A stretch of DNA of 64,000 nucleotides from Candidatus Micrarchaeota archaeon (GTDB lineage: Archaea; Micrarchaeota; Micrarchaeia; Anstonellales; Bilamarchaeaceae): assembly GCA_038046805.1 (NCBI GenBank), contig JBBSVO010000004.1, positions 97,419-161,418 of the forward strand, written 5' to 3'. Made by a program: the position numbers and the translations under genes. The notes beneath the pieces were generated by a model that saw only the letters and a list, made by a program, of their open reading frames with translations, was not told the DNA's origin and did no database searches. Of this stretch, positions 8,153 to 18,041 are shown in pieces. How positions within the stretch are numbered: position 1 is the first letter of the stretch; every line of letters begins with the position of its first letter.

Positions 8153-9322
8153 TCACTTCAGGAAAACCCTGAAAAGAAGCAAAATTGTGGGGATTATAAC
8201 CGCGCCCATAAGATTTGTGCGTTCTACGCCAAGACGAATCGTGGCATAACCCAAACAAGACGCAAAACCAAGGATTACAATACCCGCAAGACCATTCAGA
8301 ATAAACGTCATTGCAACCAGATATCCTGCAAGAAGAAGATTAAAATGTGAAAAATCAATTTTGGCAAGAGCGGAAATCCTGTTTCGCAATAGATAGATAA
8401 ACAGAGCAGCTACTGCGATTGAAAATAAAAATACTGCCAGCACGAGCAGCAAATTATCCGCCAGCGCAATATGTTCGGAAAGAAAGACAGTTGAACCCAT
8501 GCGCGCCTTTCCTATTGACGCGGAAGTGGCGAATGAAAAAACAGCCTCGCTTACAGAGATTGATGAAATCGCGGCAAGATATCCGAGCGTATTGACAGGC
8601 ATTATTAGCGAGAAAAAGGTTGCGACCTGTGATGGAGAACTGACTCCCGGAAGAAGGTCTGCCAAAAGACCTCCAAAAACACCCAATACTGCGAACTTCA
8701 GGAAATCCAATGACAACGGTGCATCTTTTTGTCTGGGAACCGAACCGTGCGCATAACTGAATATCGCACCCATTGCAAACATTCCTGAAAATAAAGGAAG
8801 GAACGGATCGGCTAATCCAGCATTGAGCGAAAACACTCCGAGCAATCCGGAAAGAGTGAAAATACCCGCTGATAGAACGAGATTTTTTGTTCTTAATAAA
8901 AGAATTGCGGAAAAAATAACAAGAATGTATTTGATGTACGGCTGAATAAATTTATACGCGAGCGGATAAAACGAAAGTGCGGGATAAAAAAGAACAACAG
9001 ATAAAAGCACGCCGATCAAAAAAGATGCGAGTACGACTTTAAGCGCAAGCGTTCCGTTTCCCTCGCGCACCATTCGCTGCCCGGGCAGAACGGAAAGAAC
9101 CGAACCCTGTTCAGGAATTCCGAAAAAGATTGACGGAATGAACGAAAAAAGCTGATGGGATGCCATAACTGCGATTATCACGTAGGCAAAATCAATCCCG
9201 CTTAAACCAACTGACGAAAGAATAGAGATTATCGTGTTTGAATGAATGCCTGGAAGCAATCCTCCGAGCATGCCGAGAATGATTCCTGCAATGAAAAACC
9301 AGAGTGCCACGTGAAAAACCAT
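8153..9322 (-). CDS. Tripartite tricarboxylate transporter TctA-family permease (archaeal type)
   Basis: GLLPGIHSNT, IPSIFFGIP, SVLPGQRMVREG, LLPGVSS motifs; many TM helices. Confidence 0.85.
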   Translation of the reverse strand: MVFHVALWFFIAGIILGMLGGLLPGIHSNTIISILSSVGLSGIDFAYVIIAVMASHQLFSFIPSIFFGIPEQGSVLSVLPGQRMVREGNGTLALKVVLASFLIGVLLSVVLFYPALSFYPLAYKFIQPYIKYILVIFSAILLLRTKNLVLSAGIFTLSGLLGVFSLNAGLADPFLPLFSGMFAMGAIFSYAHGSVPRQKDAPLSLDFLKFAVLGVFGGLLADLLPGVSSPSQVATFFSLIMPVNTLGYLAAISSISVSEAVFSFATSASIGKARMGSTVFLSEHIALADNLLLVLAVFLFSIAVAALFIYLLRNRISALAKIDFSHFNLLLAGYLVAMTFILNGLAGIVILGFASCLGYATIRLGVERTNLMGAVIIPTILLLFRVFLK

Positions 9323-9363
9323 GATCAGAAGGAATTAAAGCATTTATAGGCACAAATAGAAAC

Positions 9364-9960
9364 ATGCTAGAAGAAGCAAACGGACAATTCGCAGTGGTGA
9401 AATACGATTTAGGGAGCCATGTAATAAATGTAAGACTCAAGGCGCACGCAGAAGCCGCGCACCTGTACAAGATCAAGGAGTTTGCACCAGGAGAACAAGA
9501 GACCGTTATACTTATACTTGCAAAGGATCTGGTACATCCGGAGGCGGACATAAGAAAATCAGCAAAAGATGCATTATGTCATGCATTCAATTCCTCCAGG
9601 GCATATGGCTTGCTAGCCACAGCATTGGGGCAATCCAACTTAGCAGATGTTATTGAATTCGCAATGGAAGGACTGAAAAGCCAGATAGAGGAAATCCATT
9701 TGGCATGTAGATTTTTCATAGGAAAGATAATAGATGAATGCACGATAGAAAGGCTCAGGGATGTTGAGATGGCGCTTCTTGTGAGTCATTCAAAATTGCT
9801 GAAAAAATATGGAACTGACAAGGATATCACGTTGTGGAAACCAGAAATAGAGATGAGAAGACGCGAGATTTATTGCGGGATAAGCGGGGAAGAATCAGGG
9901 ATAAGGCGCGCAGGACTAGACGAAAGAAGACGGCATTTGCGAATTATAAAAACAGGATAG
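9364..9960 (+). CDS. Hypothetical protein, possible HEAT-like repeat
   Basis: 198-aa helical ORF; LVHPEADIRKSAKDAL is HEAT-like. Confidence 0.55.
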   Translation: MLEEANGQFAVVKYDLGSHVINVRLKAHAEAAHLYKIKEFAPGEQETVILILAKDLVHPEADIRKSAKDALCHAFNSSRAYGLLATALGQSNLADVIEFAMEGLKSQIEEIHLACRFFIGKIIDECTIERLRDVEMALLVSHSKLLKKYGTDKDITLWKPEIEMRRREIYCGISGEESGIRRAGLDERRRHLRIIKTG

Positions 9961-10016
9961 ATTACGCGAAGTCAAATGTAGCCCAAGGCTCACGGCCCAT
10001 TGTCCAAACTATTTTT

Positions 10017-11330
10017 CTACCCAATCCTGACTTTTTTTATCCGCACGTGCGGCCCTCCATCACTCACCGGCGCATGCTGTCCTGCCTTTCCGCAAAATCC
10101 AGGGCTTGTGCCAAAATCCTTTCCAACTAATTCAATATTGTGGAGGGTTTCGAGAATATTTCCGCTTATTCCGGTATCGCGGAGCATTTTTCCAATTTCC
10201 CCGTTTTTTATTTCATATGCAAGCTCTGCAGCAAACATGAAACCTCCTGAAAAGATATCAACGCTTCCACCTTTCATTCCCTTCAGATAAATTCCATCGC
10301 GGATATCCATCACATCGTCTTTACTTGCTTTTCCAGGCATAAAATACGTATTGCTCATGCGGACAACAGGAGCACTTTCAAAATCCTCTGCCCGCGCATG
10401 ACCATTAGATTTATGACCAAGTTCTTTTGCAGATGAACGGGAATTTATATAGCCTTTCAGCACCCCGCGCTCTACAAGAACGGTTTTTTTTCCCTCAACC
10501 CCCTCATCATCAAATTTGTAATTACCGAAATTCTTTGCAGTAGGATCGTCATAAATAGTTACAAGATTATTTCCAATGCGCTTTCCTATTTTGCCTCTAA
10601 GGATTGATTCCCGGTCTATTACGGCATCTGCCTCGCATGCATGACCAACGGCCTCATGGCTTAGAACTCCGGTCATTTCCGGGTCAAGAACAACTGAAAA
10701 AATCCCTTTTTTTGAAGGGATTGCTGTGAGGAGTGCCTCAGCCTTTCGCGCCGCATCCTCTGCCGCTTCGGTGAATTCTATTTCTTTGTAACCTATGCTG
10801 GATGCTGAGGTTTCCTGACCCCTTTGCTGCGCAGTTCCGTCTTTTGCTGTTGCAGTGCAGGAAAAATAAACATGAAACGAATCCTGAAGGATTTCAGTTC
10901 CCTCTGAATTAAAGAATCCTTTTTTGATTGTGGAATCAAAAAGCCTGCATGATCGATTGTGGATATGGGTTCCTTCAGCATGCCTTGCGGCTTCCTTTAC
11001 CAAATCTATTTTTTCTTCGATGTGCGGCAAAACAGTCTTGATTGAAACGCGTGTGGATCTTCTTTTGCATGTCACAACTTTTATTTTGCCTTTTGAAAGA
11101 GATGCCAGCCGCTCTGCGCTTTTCAAAAGTGATGGCAAATCCGCGGCCTGATTACTTGAAGAGAACCCCCATGAACCGTTTTTGAGAACCCGGACCGAAA
11201 CCCCATAAGACGGACCTGTCGTTGCATCAATTTCATCATTTGAAAGAAAGATAGATGTTGCCTCTTTTTCCTCGGTTCTTACTTCCGCGTAATCGCAATT
11301 AAGCCTTGAAAGAAGATTAAGAATGTCCAT
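10017..11330 (-). CDS. tldD: TldD/PmbA family metalloprotease
   Basis: GVSVRVLKNGSWGF, HEAVGHACEAD, DDEGV, RMSNTY, CGKAGQHAPVSDGGP. Confidence 0.95.
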   Translation of the reverse strand: MDILNLLSRLNCDYAEVRTEEKEATSIFLSNDEIDATTGPSYGVSVRVLKNGSWGFSSSNQAADLPSLLKSAERLASLSKGKIKVVTCKRRSTRVSIKTVLPHIEEKIDLVKEAARHAEGTHIHNRSCRLFDSTIKKGFFNSEGTEILQDSFHVYFSCTATAKDGTAQQRGQETSASSIGYKEIEFTEAAEDAARKAEALLTAIPSKKGIFSVVLDPEMTGVLSHEAVGHACEADAVIDRESILRGKIGKRIGNNLVTIYDDPTAKNFGNYKFDDEGVEGKKTVLVERGVLKGYINSRSSAKELGHKSNGHARAEDFESAPVVRMSNTYFMPGKASKDDVMDIRDGIYLKGMKGGSVDIFSGGFMFAAELAYEIKNGEIGKMLRDTGISGNILETLHNIELVGKDFGTSPGFCGKAGQHAPVSDGGPHVRIKKVRIG

Positions 11331-11357
11331 ACAGTGACCAACCGGAAATCCCGAGAA

Positions 11358-11717
11358 TTAACCAAGTGCCTTCAGATTTTCAGCACATGAACGCATTTCC
11401 TTTTTTGTTTCGCGGTCCTTTACTATCCCGCATAAAAGATAATTCCCAAGTGGAAGGATTACAAAATAGATTCCATCAAACATGAGCTCTATTTCTTTTT
11501 GCTCATCGTTAAAGGATTTTACTATTGCATCGCTTACATTGGCTAACGAGGATGCCACCGAAGGAACGTGCTCATCCAAAGTAACTGTGGAATGGATTAA
11601 GATTCCGTCTCTGCGCACAAGAAGGCTTTCTATTCCAGTGCCTTTCAGTTCCTGCATCAATGAAGCCGCAGAGCTTTTCCCACTTTCAGTTTCAAGTACG
11701 TGTGCCATATAAATCAC
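11358..11717 (-). CDS. Roadblock/LC7 domain protein
   Basis: IESLLVRRDGILIHS pattern; about 115 aa. Confidence 0.75.
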   Translation of the reverse strand: MIYMAHVLETESGKSSAASLMQELKGTGIESLLVRRDGILIHSTVTLDEHVPSVASSLANVSDAIVKSFNDEQKEIELMFDGIYFVILPLGNYLLCGIVKDRETKKEMRSCAENLKALG

Positions 11718-11736
11718 AGTAAATCAACATTTCGGA

Positions 11737-12459
11737 TTAAATTATCGCGATTCCCGTAGGGGAAAGCCTCATTGGTATCATTGCCTCAACATCCGGGATT
11801 TTTAATTCAAAACTTCCACCTTTATCATGAATCGTAAATGTTGAATCCATGGAATGTTCGAGCATTGCAAACAACTGCTTTTCATGCATTCCTTCTTCGA
11901 TCAACAGTATCACAGTAGCATCCGCGTTTTTCAATCGCCCACCAACAACCTGAAGGAATTTGAGAACAGAATCTTTTTGATTGTAAAGCACCAGTGATGA
12001 AAGAGAGTGGAAGACAACTGCCATCTTCTTTCCAGCACTTTCTTTTATTGATTCGTTTATCGCAAGAGAAAGGTCATTCAATGCCGAAGGACCAGACACT
12101 TGAATAGTCTCTTTAAATGGTGGAGACGAGGTGCCAAGCGTGGATGAAAAACAGTCTATGAATTTGAAATCTTTTCCTGATGCAAGCTCAATGCCCACAG
12201 AAGAGGCCTTGTTGACGATATCCTCAGGGGTCGTATCCGTAGCTATGTAAAATACTTTATGCCCGTTTTCAGAACTTGCCTTTGCGAAATGAAATGCAAA
12301 CGCGCCTTTTTCCATTCCGCTTGGACCAACCAATAAAATATTCCCTGGATTTTGGTATCCGCCCTCAAGCATGATGTCCAGCTCACGTATTCCTGTGGAT
12401 AATTTTGTCTTTCTTAGGATGGGCATTGATTCATCCACTGCAATAGGGGGTAGAGCCAT
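11737..12459 (-). CDS. KaiC/RAD55-like RecA-superfamily ATPase (degenerate Walker A)
   Basis: STGIRELDIMLEGG, LLVGPSGMEKG, FIDCFS, LNDLSLAI. Confidence 0.85.
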   Translation of the reverse strand: MALPPIAVDESMPILRKTKLSTGIRELDIMLEGGYQNPGNILLVGPSGMEKGAFAFHFAKASSENGHKVFYIATDTTPEDIVNKASSVGIELASGKDFKFIDCFSSTLGTSSPPFKETIQVSGPSALNDLSLAINESIKESAGKKMAVVFHSLSSLVLYNQKDSVLKFLQVVGGRLKNADATVILLIEEGMHEKQLFAMLEHSMDSTFTIHDKGGSFELKIPDVEAMIPMRLSPTGIAII

Positions 12460-12492
12460 ACGATTCCATCACAAAAAACGTTTTTAAATGCT

Positions 12493-13230
12493 ATGGACGA
12501 ATTCAGAAGTATGAAAATAGAAATACAACCAGAGATATCCATAATAATTCCCACGCTAAACGAGGAAAAGTATATTGGCGATACGCTCAAATCAATTTCC
12601 AGGCAGAAAACAAAAAGAAAATTTGAAATTATAATCGCGGACAGCTATAGTACGGACAAGACACGGGAGATAGCTAAGAAACATGGTGCACGGATTGTTT
12701 ATGCTCCGCGTGGGATAATCGCGGTTGGACGCCAGAAAGGATGCGATGCAGCACGTGGAAAGGTTCTTGTACATGCAAGCGCGGACACAGTTTATGCCAG
12801 AGACTGGCTGGAAAAACTGGCCGAGCCGATATTAATTGGAAAGGCAATTGCAGTATGCGGAAGATTACTGCCATATAGAGGAAACGTTGCCGAAAATGTT
12901 TTTTCCCTTGCTATTTTTGAGCCGCTCGTGCGGATAACTTATAAATTGAAGATTCCGTTTGCAGCTGCGGACAATCTCGCGGTTAAAGCAGATACATATA
13001 GGAAAATAGGCGGATTTGATACGGAACTCGTGACGGGTGAGGATACGGATTTGATAAAAAGGCTTTCCAAAATAGGAAGGGTAATTTATGCAAAGGACGC
13101 GGTTGCAAGGATTTCAATGCGTCGGGCGCGCAAATGGGGATATATGAAATATTTGTTGTTCCATAATGCTAATTTTCTGAAAATGCAGTTTATCGGGAAA
13201 TGCAATAAGGAGTATGAGGCGATACGGTAG
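12493..13230 (+). CDS. Glycosyltransferase family 2 (start may be 12511)
   Basis: SIIIPTLNEEKYI, IIIADSYSTDKT, GGFD, GEDTDL. Confidence 0.92.
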   Translation: MDEFRSMKIEIQPEISIIIPTLNEEKYIGDTLKSISRQKTKRKFEIIIADSYSTDKTREIAKKHGARIVYAPRGIIAVGRQKGCDAARGKVLVHASADTVYARDWLEKLAEPILIGKAIAVCGRLLPYRGNVAENVFSLAIFEPLVRITYKLKIPFAAADNLAVKADTYRKIGGFDTELVTGEDTDLIKRLSKIGRVIYAKDAVARISMRRARKWGYMKYLLFHNANFLKMQFIGKCNKEYEAIR

Positions 13231-13256
13231 AGCATCACACCAGCACAACAGAATTG

Positions 13257-14015
13257 TTATTTCGGTGTGAATTTCAGATGGATAAACTTCAATACCTCAT
13301 CAAATTCAGGTACGTCCGCAATCAAATGGGGAAGTTCTTTCCATAGTTTTCGGTATTTTTCTAGGCAATCTAGAAATTCGTCCTTGGAAAACGATTTATT
13401 ATAATAACGCATCTTGTCATTGACCCAATCGTAGTTTATAGATATATCTTGCAAAAGAAGGTGATGCAGATCATAAAGATCCCGTGGACGATCTCTCATG
13501 AGTATTGCACGTATTTTCTCGGCAACAATCTCATCTCGTGACATTATGATCACTTCATAGTCTGGCAAATCGGGATATACGGATTTGATAGCAACAACCT
13601 CTTTTGTTTTTGGAGTTTCCCTTCGGCTTACATCAACGTAAATATGGCATATCCCGAGTTCGGATTGCTCGGCGAGAGGCCCTTTTATAGAAAACCGATA
13701 TCCAGATCCGATCTGCTCTTTTACCTTTATTTTCTTCAGAGTATTTACATAACCAAACTTCGAGAATAGTATCTTGCTTACTTCTCCAAGCAGTGCATCA
13801 CAGTCTACATCGCTTATCTGAGTAAAGTCCAGGTCCTCACTGAATCTTTTGAGGCCATACGCCTTTTTTATCGCAGTTCCACCTTTAAATAAAAGGGCAG
13901 AAGTACGAGAGTAGATAAGACTCAATAAAAGATGCTGGAAATATTCTTTTTCTATCTGCCAGGACTTCATTTTGAATGTCTTAGCATAAACCTTGAGATC
14001 TTCTGCACTTATCAT
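13257..14015 (-). CDS. AbiEii-family nucleotidyltransferase toxin (type IV TA)
   Basis: FKGGTAI, RFSEDLDF, EKIRA, RPRDLYD. Confidence 0.92.
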   Translation of the reverse strand: MISAEDLKVYAKTFKMKSWQIEKEYFQHLLLSLIYSRTSALLFKGGTAIKKAYGLKRFSEDLDFTQISDVDCDALLGEVSKILFSKFGYVNTLKKIKVKEQIGSGYRFSIKGPLAEQSELGICHIYVDVSRRETPKTKEVVAIKSVYPDLPDYEVIIMSRDEIVAEKIRAILMRDRPRDLYDLHHLLLQDISINYDWVNDKMRYYNKSFSKDEFLDCLEKYRKLWKELPHLIADVPEFDEVLKFIHLKFTPK

Positions 14016-14725
14016 TGTATCGCCTCATTAACGATCAAATTCCATTCTGAAACATATTCTCCTTTTCTCGGGAGAGCAACATTTAGCAAAACATGATTTT
14101 TTCCAACCCTCTTTTTTAAGGATCGCGGTATTGGGATATTGTTCAAAGAAAGCAGATACCCCAGGCGTTGCACAACGGCTGACGAATCCATTCTCAATGC
14201 ATAAATCACCAGCTTGTCGATATCGCATTCTGGGATTGCGTTGAGTATATCGCTAAATGAAACGATGTTTCGTTTATAATAAAGGCAGTCAATTACTGCT
14301 TTTTCTTTCTCGGCAACAAAGGCATAGCCGCCACGCACCACGCGCTTTTGATAGCCGAAGATGGATTTTGGCGCGAATTTAACAAATTCGACTTCTATTT
14401 CGTTGGATAGAACCCTTTTCTTTGAAGAAGGGGAAACTACCTGGATAGACCTGGGGATTTGAGTCGTAAGCCCGTGAAGATAAAATGCAAAAAGAAAGGA
14501 GATATACGATGGAGTGACTAAACTAGTGGATAATATGAGTGGATCGGCGTCCCGCAGAAGGTACTTCCCTCGTTCAACCCGAAGGATTAAACCTTTTCTT
14601 TCAAGACGATGGAGGTAAATTCGTATGTAAGAACGGGGTTTGTCTATAATGCGCTCTGCATCAGTTACACTAAACATTGGGCGTCCGAGAGATCTTAATT
14701 TTTCGATGAACGCAAAGGCCTGCAT
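14012..14725 (-). CDS. AbiEi-family antitoxin/transcriptional regulator
   Basis: N-terminal wHTH (RLERKGLILRVERGKY), PSYISF...HGLTTQIP, AEKEKAVID; overlaps the toxin start. Confidence 0.9.
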   Translation of the reverse strand: MQAFAFIEKLRSLGRPMFSVTDAERIIDKPRSYIRIYLHRLERKGLILRVERGKYLLRDADPLILSTSLVTPSYISFLFAFYLHGLTTQIPRSIQVVSPSSKKRVLSNEIEVEFVKFAPKSIFGYQKRVVRGGYAFVAEKEKAVIDCLYYKRNIVSFSDILNAIPECDIDKLVIYALRMDSSAVVQRLGYLLSLNNIPIPRSLKKRVGKNHVLLNVALPRKGEYVSEWNLIVNEAIQ

Positions 14726-14770
14726 ATAGATATATGAAATGAAAGATTTAAATAATTTGTTGTTACATAA

Positions 14771-14786
14771 TTATCAAAAATGATAA
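14771..14786. promoter_or_regulatory. Putative AbiEi operator (left operon)
   Basis: Perfect inverted repeat TTATCA-AAAA-TGATAA upstream of the leftward abiEi. Confidence 0.55.
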
Positions 14787-14829
14787 GTATAATCAAACAA
14801 AACAGGAAATATCGAATTTTATGAATCAA

Positions 14830-14939
14830 AGTGACCGAAGAGTCCCCACTGCAAGCAGTGGGGTATGTGCTCATTCGGTCACTACTTCACAAATTGGGGT
14901 CGCTGCAAGCAGCGGGGTATCCGACCCACAATTTGTGAA
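14830..14939. repeat. Two adjacent hairpin elements with (CCCC)RCTGCAAGCAGYGGGGTAT cores
   Basis: Inverted repeats AGTGACCGAA/TTCGGTCACT and TTCACAAATTG/CAATTTGTGAA, flanked by the direct repeat TGAATCAA (14822, 14936). A related core lies at 29867-29898. Confidence 0.7.
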
Positions 14940-15012
14940 TCAACAGATTTGTTGATGGCATGGAAATCCGCTTGTGGCGAGGCCCAGGGATAAACGAAAT
15001 GTTAATAAACCT

Positions 15013-15034
15013 TAGTTATCAAAAAGGATAACTA
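15013..15034. promoter_or_regulatory. Putative AbiEi operator (right operon)
   Basis: TAGTTATC-AAAAAG-GATAACTA between the TATA and ATG; its core is 15/16 identical to 14771-14786. Confidence 0.55.
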
Positions 15035-15627
15035 TGGTTAATCGTATAAATCTGCTAAAACAGCTGGGGCAGTATCCTGTATTTACTGTGAAGAATGTAA
15101 AGGATATCACGGATAAAAAGAGCGATTATGCAAAACTGGTTGTTCACAGGCTGAAAAAAGCAGGATTAATTTTTGCAGTTGAAAGAAATAGATACACCAT
15201 CCATAGCGATCCGTGGATTATTGCGTCTCATATAGTCTGGCCGTCTTACATATCCTCCTGGGCGGCTATCAGGTATTACAACCTCACGGAACAACTGCCT
15301 ACGTATATCCAGGTAGTAACCACCAGGCCAAAAAAAAGGCGCAAAACCAGGTTTTCAAACACGACTATAGAATTCATAAGAATAAAAAGGAAGAATTTCT
15401 TTGGTTTTGGAAAGGTTCCGCATGGGGATACGGACATATTCATGGCAGAAAAAGAAAAGGCCCTTGCGGATGCATTGTATCTCCGCCATATATCTTATGA
15501 AACATTCAGTGAGATTCTGAGGGAGCACCGAAAGGAGATTGATATAAGAAGATTGATAGATTACCTGAAAAGGATGGGAGTGAAGCGCATTATTAAAAGA
15601 GGCGAAGCAGATGATAACAAAAAATGA
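15034..15627 (+). CDS. AbiEi-family antitoxin
   Basis: RLKKAGLIFAVERNRY, PSYISSWAAIRYYNLTEQLP, AEKEKALAD. Confidence 0.9.
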   Translation: MVNRINLLKQLGQYPVFTVKNVKDITDKKSDYAKLVVHRLKKAGLIFAVERNRYTIHSDPWIIASHIVWPSYISSWAAIRYYNLTEQLPTYIQVVTTRPKKRRKTRFSNTTIEFIRIKRKNFFGFGKVPHGDTDIFMAEKEKALADALYLRHISYETFSEILREHRKEIDIRRLIDYLKRMGVKRIIKRGEADDNKK

Positions 15628-16357
15628 TCTGGAACAGGCCGCGAAACTGAAAAGCCTTTCCATGGAAAACTGCGAAAAGGACTATTTTCAGGACCTTGTG
15701 CTTTTTAATCTTTACCGGCAAGTCGGAAAGGAGTTTGTTTTCAAGGGAGGCACATGCCTGTATAAAATATACAAGCTTAACCGGTTCAGTGAAGACCTTG
15801 ATTTTACGGTAACCAAAAGGATAGACATTGACAAAATAATGCGCCTGGTGGTATACTCGCTCCAATCATTGAACATAGGGACAACACTAAAGGAAATGGA
15901 CAAATTCCAGAATCAGATAAACATCAGGATGGCGTTCCGGGGACCGCTCTATAAAGGCACAAAGGAAAGCATGCTTGTCCTTACCCTTAACCTTAGTTCG
16001 AGGGAACGACCGGTAAACAATCCCAAAAAGGAGATGATACTGCCCATATACCGAGATATTCCATCCTTTGAGATATTTGCCATGGATGAAAACGAAATGG
16101 TAGTGGAGAAGATAAAGACCATATTTGAAAGAAACAAGCCAAGAGACGCCTATGACTTATGGTTTTTATTAAAAATAAAGGGATTCATGGTGGATTACGG
16201 GCTCGTGTCAAAAAAGATTGGAAAATTTGACAGAAACGAATTCTCCAAAAAACTTGAAGAAAAGGCTCAAAATTGGGAACGGGAGCTTAAACGATTTATA
16301 ATTGGAACCTTGCCTCCATTCAGCCAGGTAAAAAAAGAGATTGAGGAAAGGATTTGA
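15611..16357 (+). CDS. AbiEii-family nucleotidyltransferase toxin
   Basis: FKGGTCL, RFSEDLDF, EKIKT, KPRDAYD. Confidence 0.92.
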   Translation: MITKNDLEQAAKLKSLSMENCEKDYFQDLVLFNLYRQVGKEFVFKGGTCLYKIYKLNRFSEDLDFTVTKRIDIDKIMRLVVYSLQSLNIGTTLKEMDKFQNQINIRMAFRGPLYKGTKESMLVLTLNLSSRERPVNNPKKEMILPIYRDIPSFEIFAMDENEMVVEKIKTIFERNKPRDAYDLWFLLKIKGFMVDYGLVSKKIGKFDRNEFSKKLEEKAQNWERELKRFIIGTLPPFSQVKKEIEERI

Positions 16358-16471
16358 GAGGGACCGTGGGAAATGCACAATCAGAATGCACTATCCAAAA
16401 CGAGAAACCCAAAACTCTGGACCAATCCTGCCCTTTCCCGAAACAGTTATAATCCTTTATCGTAACAGAAA

Positions 16472-17443
16472 ATGGATATGAAACCTGTGTTTTGGAATCC
16501 GATGTTTTTGGGTGCGTATGGCATTGCAAAAGTAACTGGGAATCATTTTAGAAGAGCACAGTTAATAGAAGAACGAGCAGATTACCTCGCAGCAAAAAAT
16601 GCTAAAAAACCTGAGGAGATAGCTAAGATTTTTGAAAAAGCTGGTGAAATATTAAAATGGTATAATTATTGTCATTCTAAAAAGAGTGAAGAAGCAAACG
16701 CACGGGTTTATGAAAAGGCTGCGAGATATTATGAAAGAGCACATTCTAAGAATTCTGCGGGCACGATATATTACAGACTTGCTGAAATTTATGGGACTTC
16801 GTTGCACAGACTAGCTGATGCTGCAAGAGCTTATGAAAAGGCATACGCTATGAATGGAGGTCCATACGCTATGAAAACGGTTGCTAGACTATATCAAAAA
16901 ATGGGCAGAATTGAAGATGCTGCCAGAGCATATGCGATGGGAGGATGTAGTTTAGATGCTGCAATAATATATGATAAACTAGGTAGATTCTCGGATGTTG
17001 CGAGAATGCTTGTACGAATAATTAAATATGAAACGCCACAACGGAATGAGAAGCAAAAATTTTATTTTGCTGAGTCTAATTATGGATGGGGCGAGGGTGG
17101 TATCGATAGACTGGGAGAATTGTTAAGACTCGTATATACCCATCAAGGAAATGAGGGTCTGGAAGAGTGTAGAAATGATATCGAGGCTTTTAAAGAAGCG
17201 GCTGAGAGACGATGGAGAACAAGAGTATATCTGTTTCAGTCTGATCTTTCTCCCTCACCATCCGACAGTAGAAAATATGATAGTCCACCTAAGACATTGG
17301 ATCAGACTATTGCCGATAGTATAAACGGAATACCAGATCTTATATGGGATATAATTAACTTAGGACAAAAATCAACATACGATTCAGATGCGTTTTTTGG
17401 GGGTCAACATGGTCGCGGACCAGATACTGGCGGCTCCCATTAG
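16472..17443 (+). CDS. Hypothetical protein with TPR/SNAP-like helical repeats
   Basis: Repeated AARxYEKA / YxKxGR motifs. Confidence 0.65.
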   Translation: MDMKPVFWNPMFLGAYGIAKVTGNHFRRAQLIEERADYLAAKNAKKPEEIAKIFEKAGEILKWYNYCHSKKSEEANARVYEKAARYYERAHSKNSAGTIYYRLAEIYGTSLHRLADAARAYEKAYAMNGGPYAMKTVARLYQKMGRIEDAARAYAMGGCSLDAAIIYDKLGRFSDVARMLVRIIKYETPQRNEKQKFYFAESNYGWGEGGIDRLGELLRLVYTHQGNEGLEECRNDIEAFKEAAERRWRTRVYLFQSDLSPSPSDSRKYDSPPKTLDQTIADSINGIPDLIWDIINLGQKSTYDSDAFFGGQHGRGPDTGGSH

Positions 17444-17546
17444 CTCAAGACACTAAACCGGAAACCCTTTCTCAGCACAGGTTGGATACCCCGAGGGGCA
17501 ATCACCCAAACGTTATGTTTTTATACCTCGCCAAAGTAAATTAATC

Positions 17547-17741
17547 ATGACACGCGGAATAACCATGGAAATGCTGCATGAGGATTTGGAATCCCTGAAA
17601 CGGGATTTTGCAGCGATAAGGGCGCTACTTCTGGAGCCAAAACTGAAAAAGGAGATAGTTACGCGGGTAAAAGAAGCCAGAAAGAGAATGAAATACGCCT
17701 ATGTTTCAAACGAAGATATGCGAAAAGAGTTTGGTGTTTGA
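17547..17741 (+). CDS. RelB-like antitoxin
   Basis: 64 aa immediately upstream of RelE; C-terminal YVSNEDMRKEFG. Confidence 0.7.
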   Translation: MTRGITMEMLHEDLESLKRDFAAIRALLLEPKLKKEIVTRVKEARKRMKYAYVSNEDMRKEFGV

Positions 17742-17999
17742 GTGGCTTACGAAATCAGATGGGACGAAAAAGCCAGGGACTTTCTGAAAACAATCCCACG
17801 GGTGGAAGCACAAAGAATTATAAAAAGAATCAACGGAATTGCTGATTTTCCCGAGCATTATATTGAGGCATTAACCGGGATAAATGCATATAAATTAAGG
17901 GCAGGAGATTACAGGCTAATTATTGACCTTGACAAAACAGATAAAATCATCATGGTGCGGTTCATAGGCCATAGAAAAAATATCTATGAAAAATTATAA
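17742..17999 (+). CDS. RelE/ParE family toxin
   Basis: YKLRAGDYRLI, IGHRKNIY. Confidence 0.9.
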   Translation: MAYEIRWDEKARDFLKTIPRVEAQRIIKRINGIADFPEHYIEALTGINAYKLRAGDYRLIIDLDKTDKIIMVRFIGHRKNIYEKL

Positions 18000-18041
18000 C
18001 CGGTAAACGCGGAACTCAAAACCCGAAACTGGAAATGCAAC

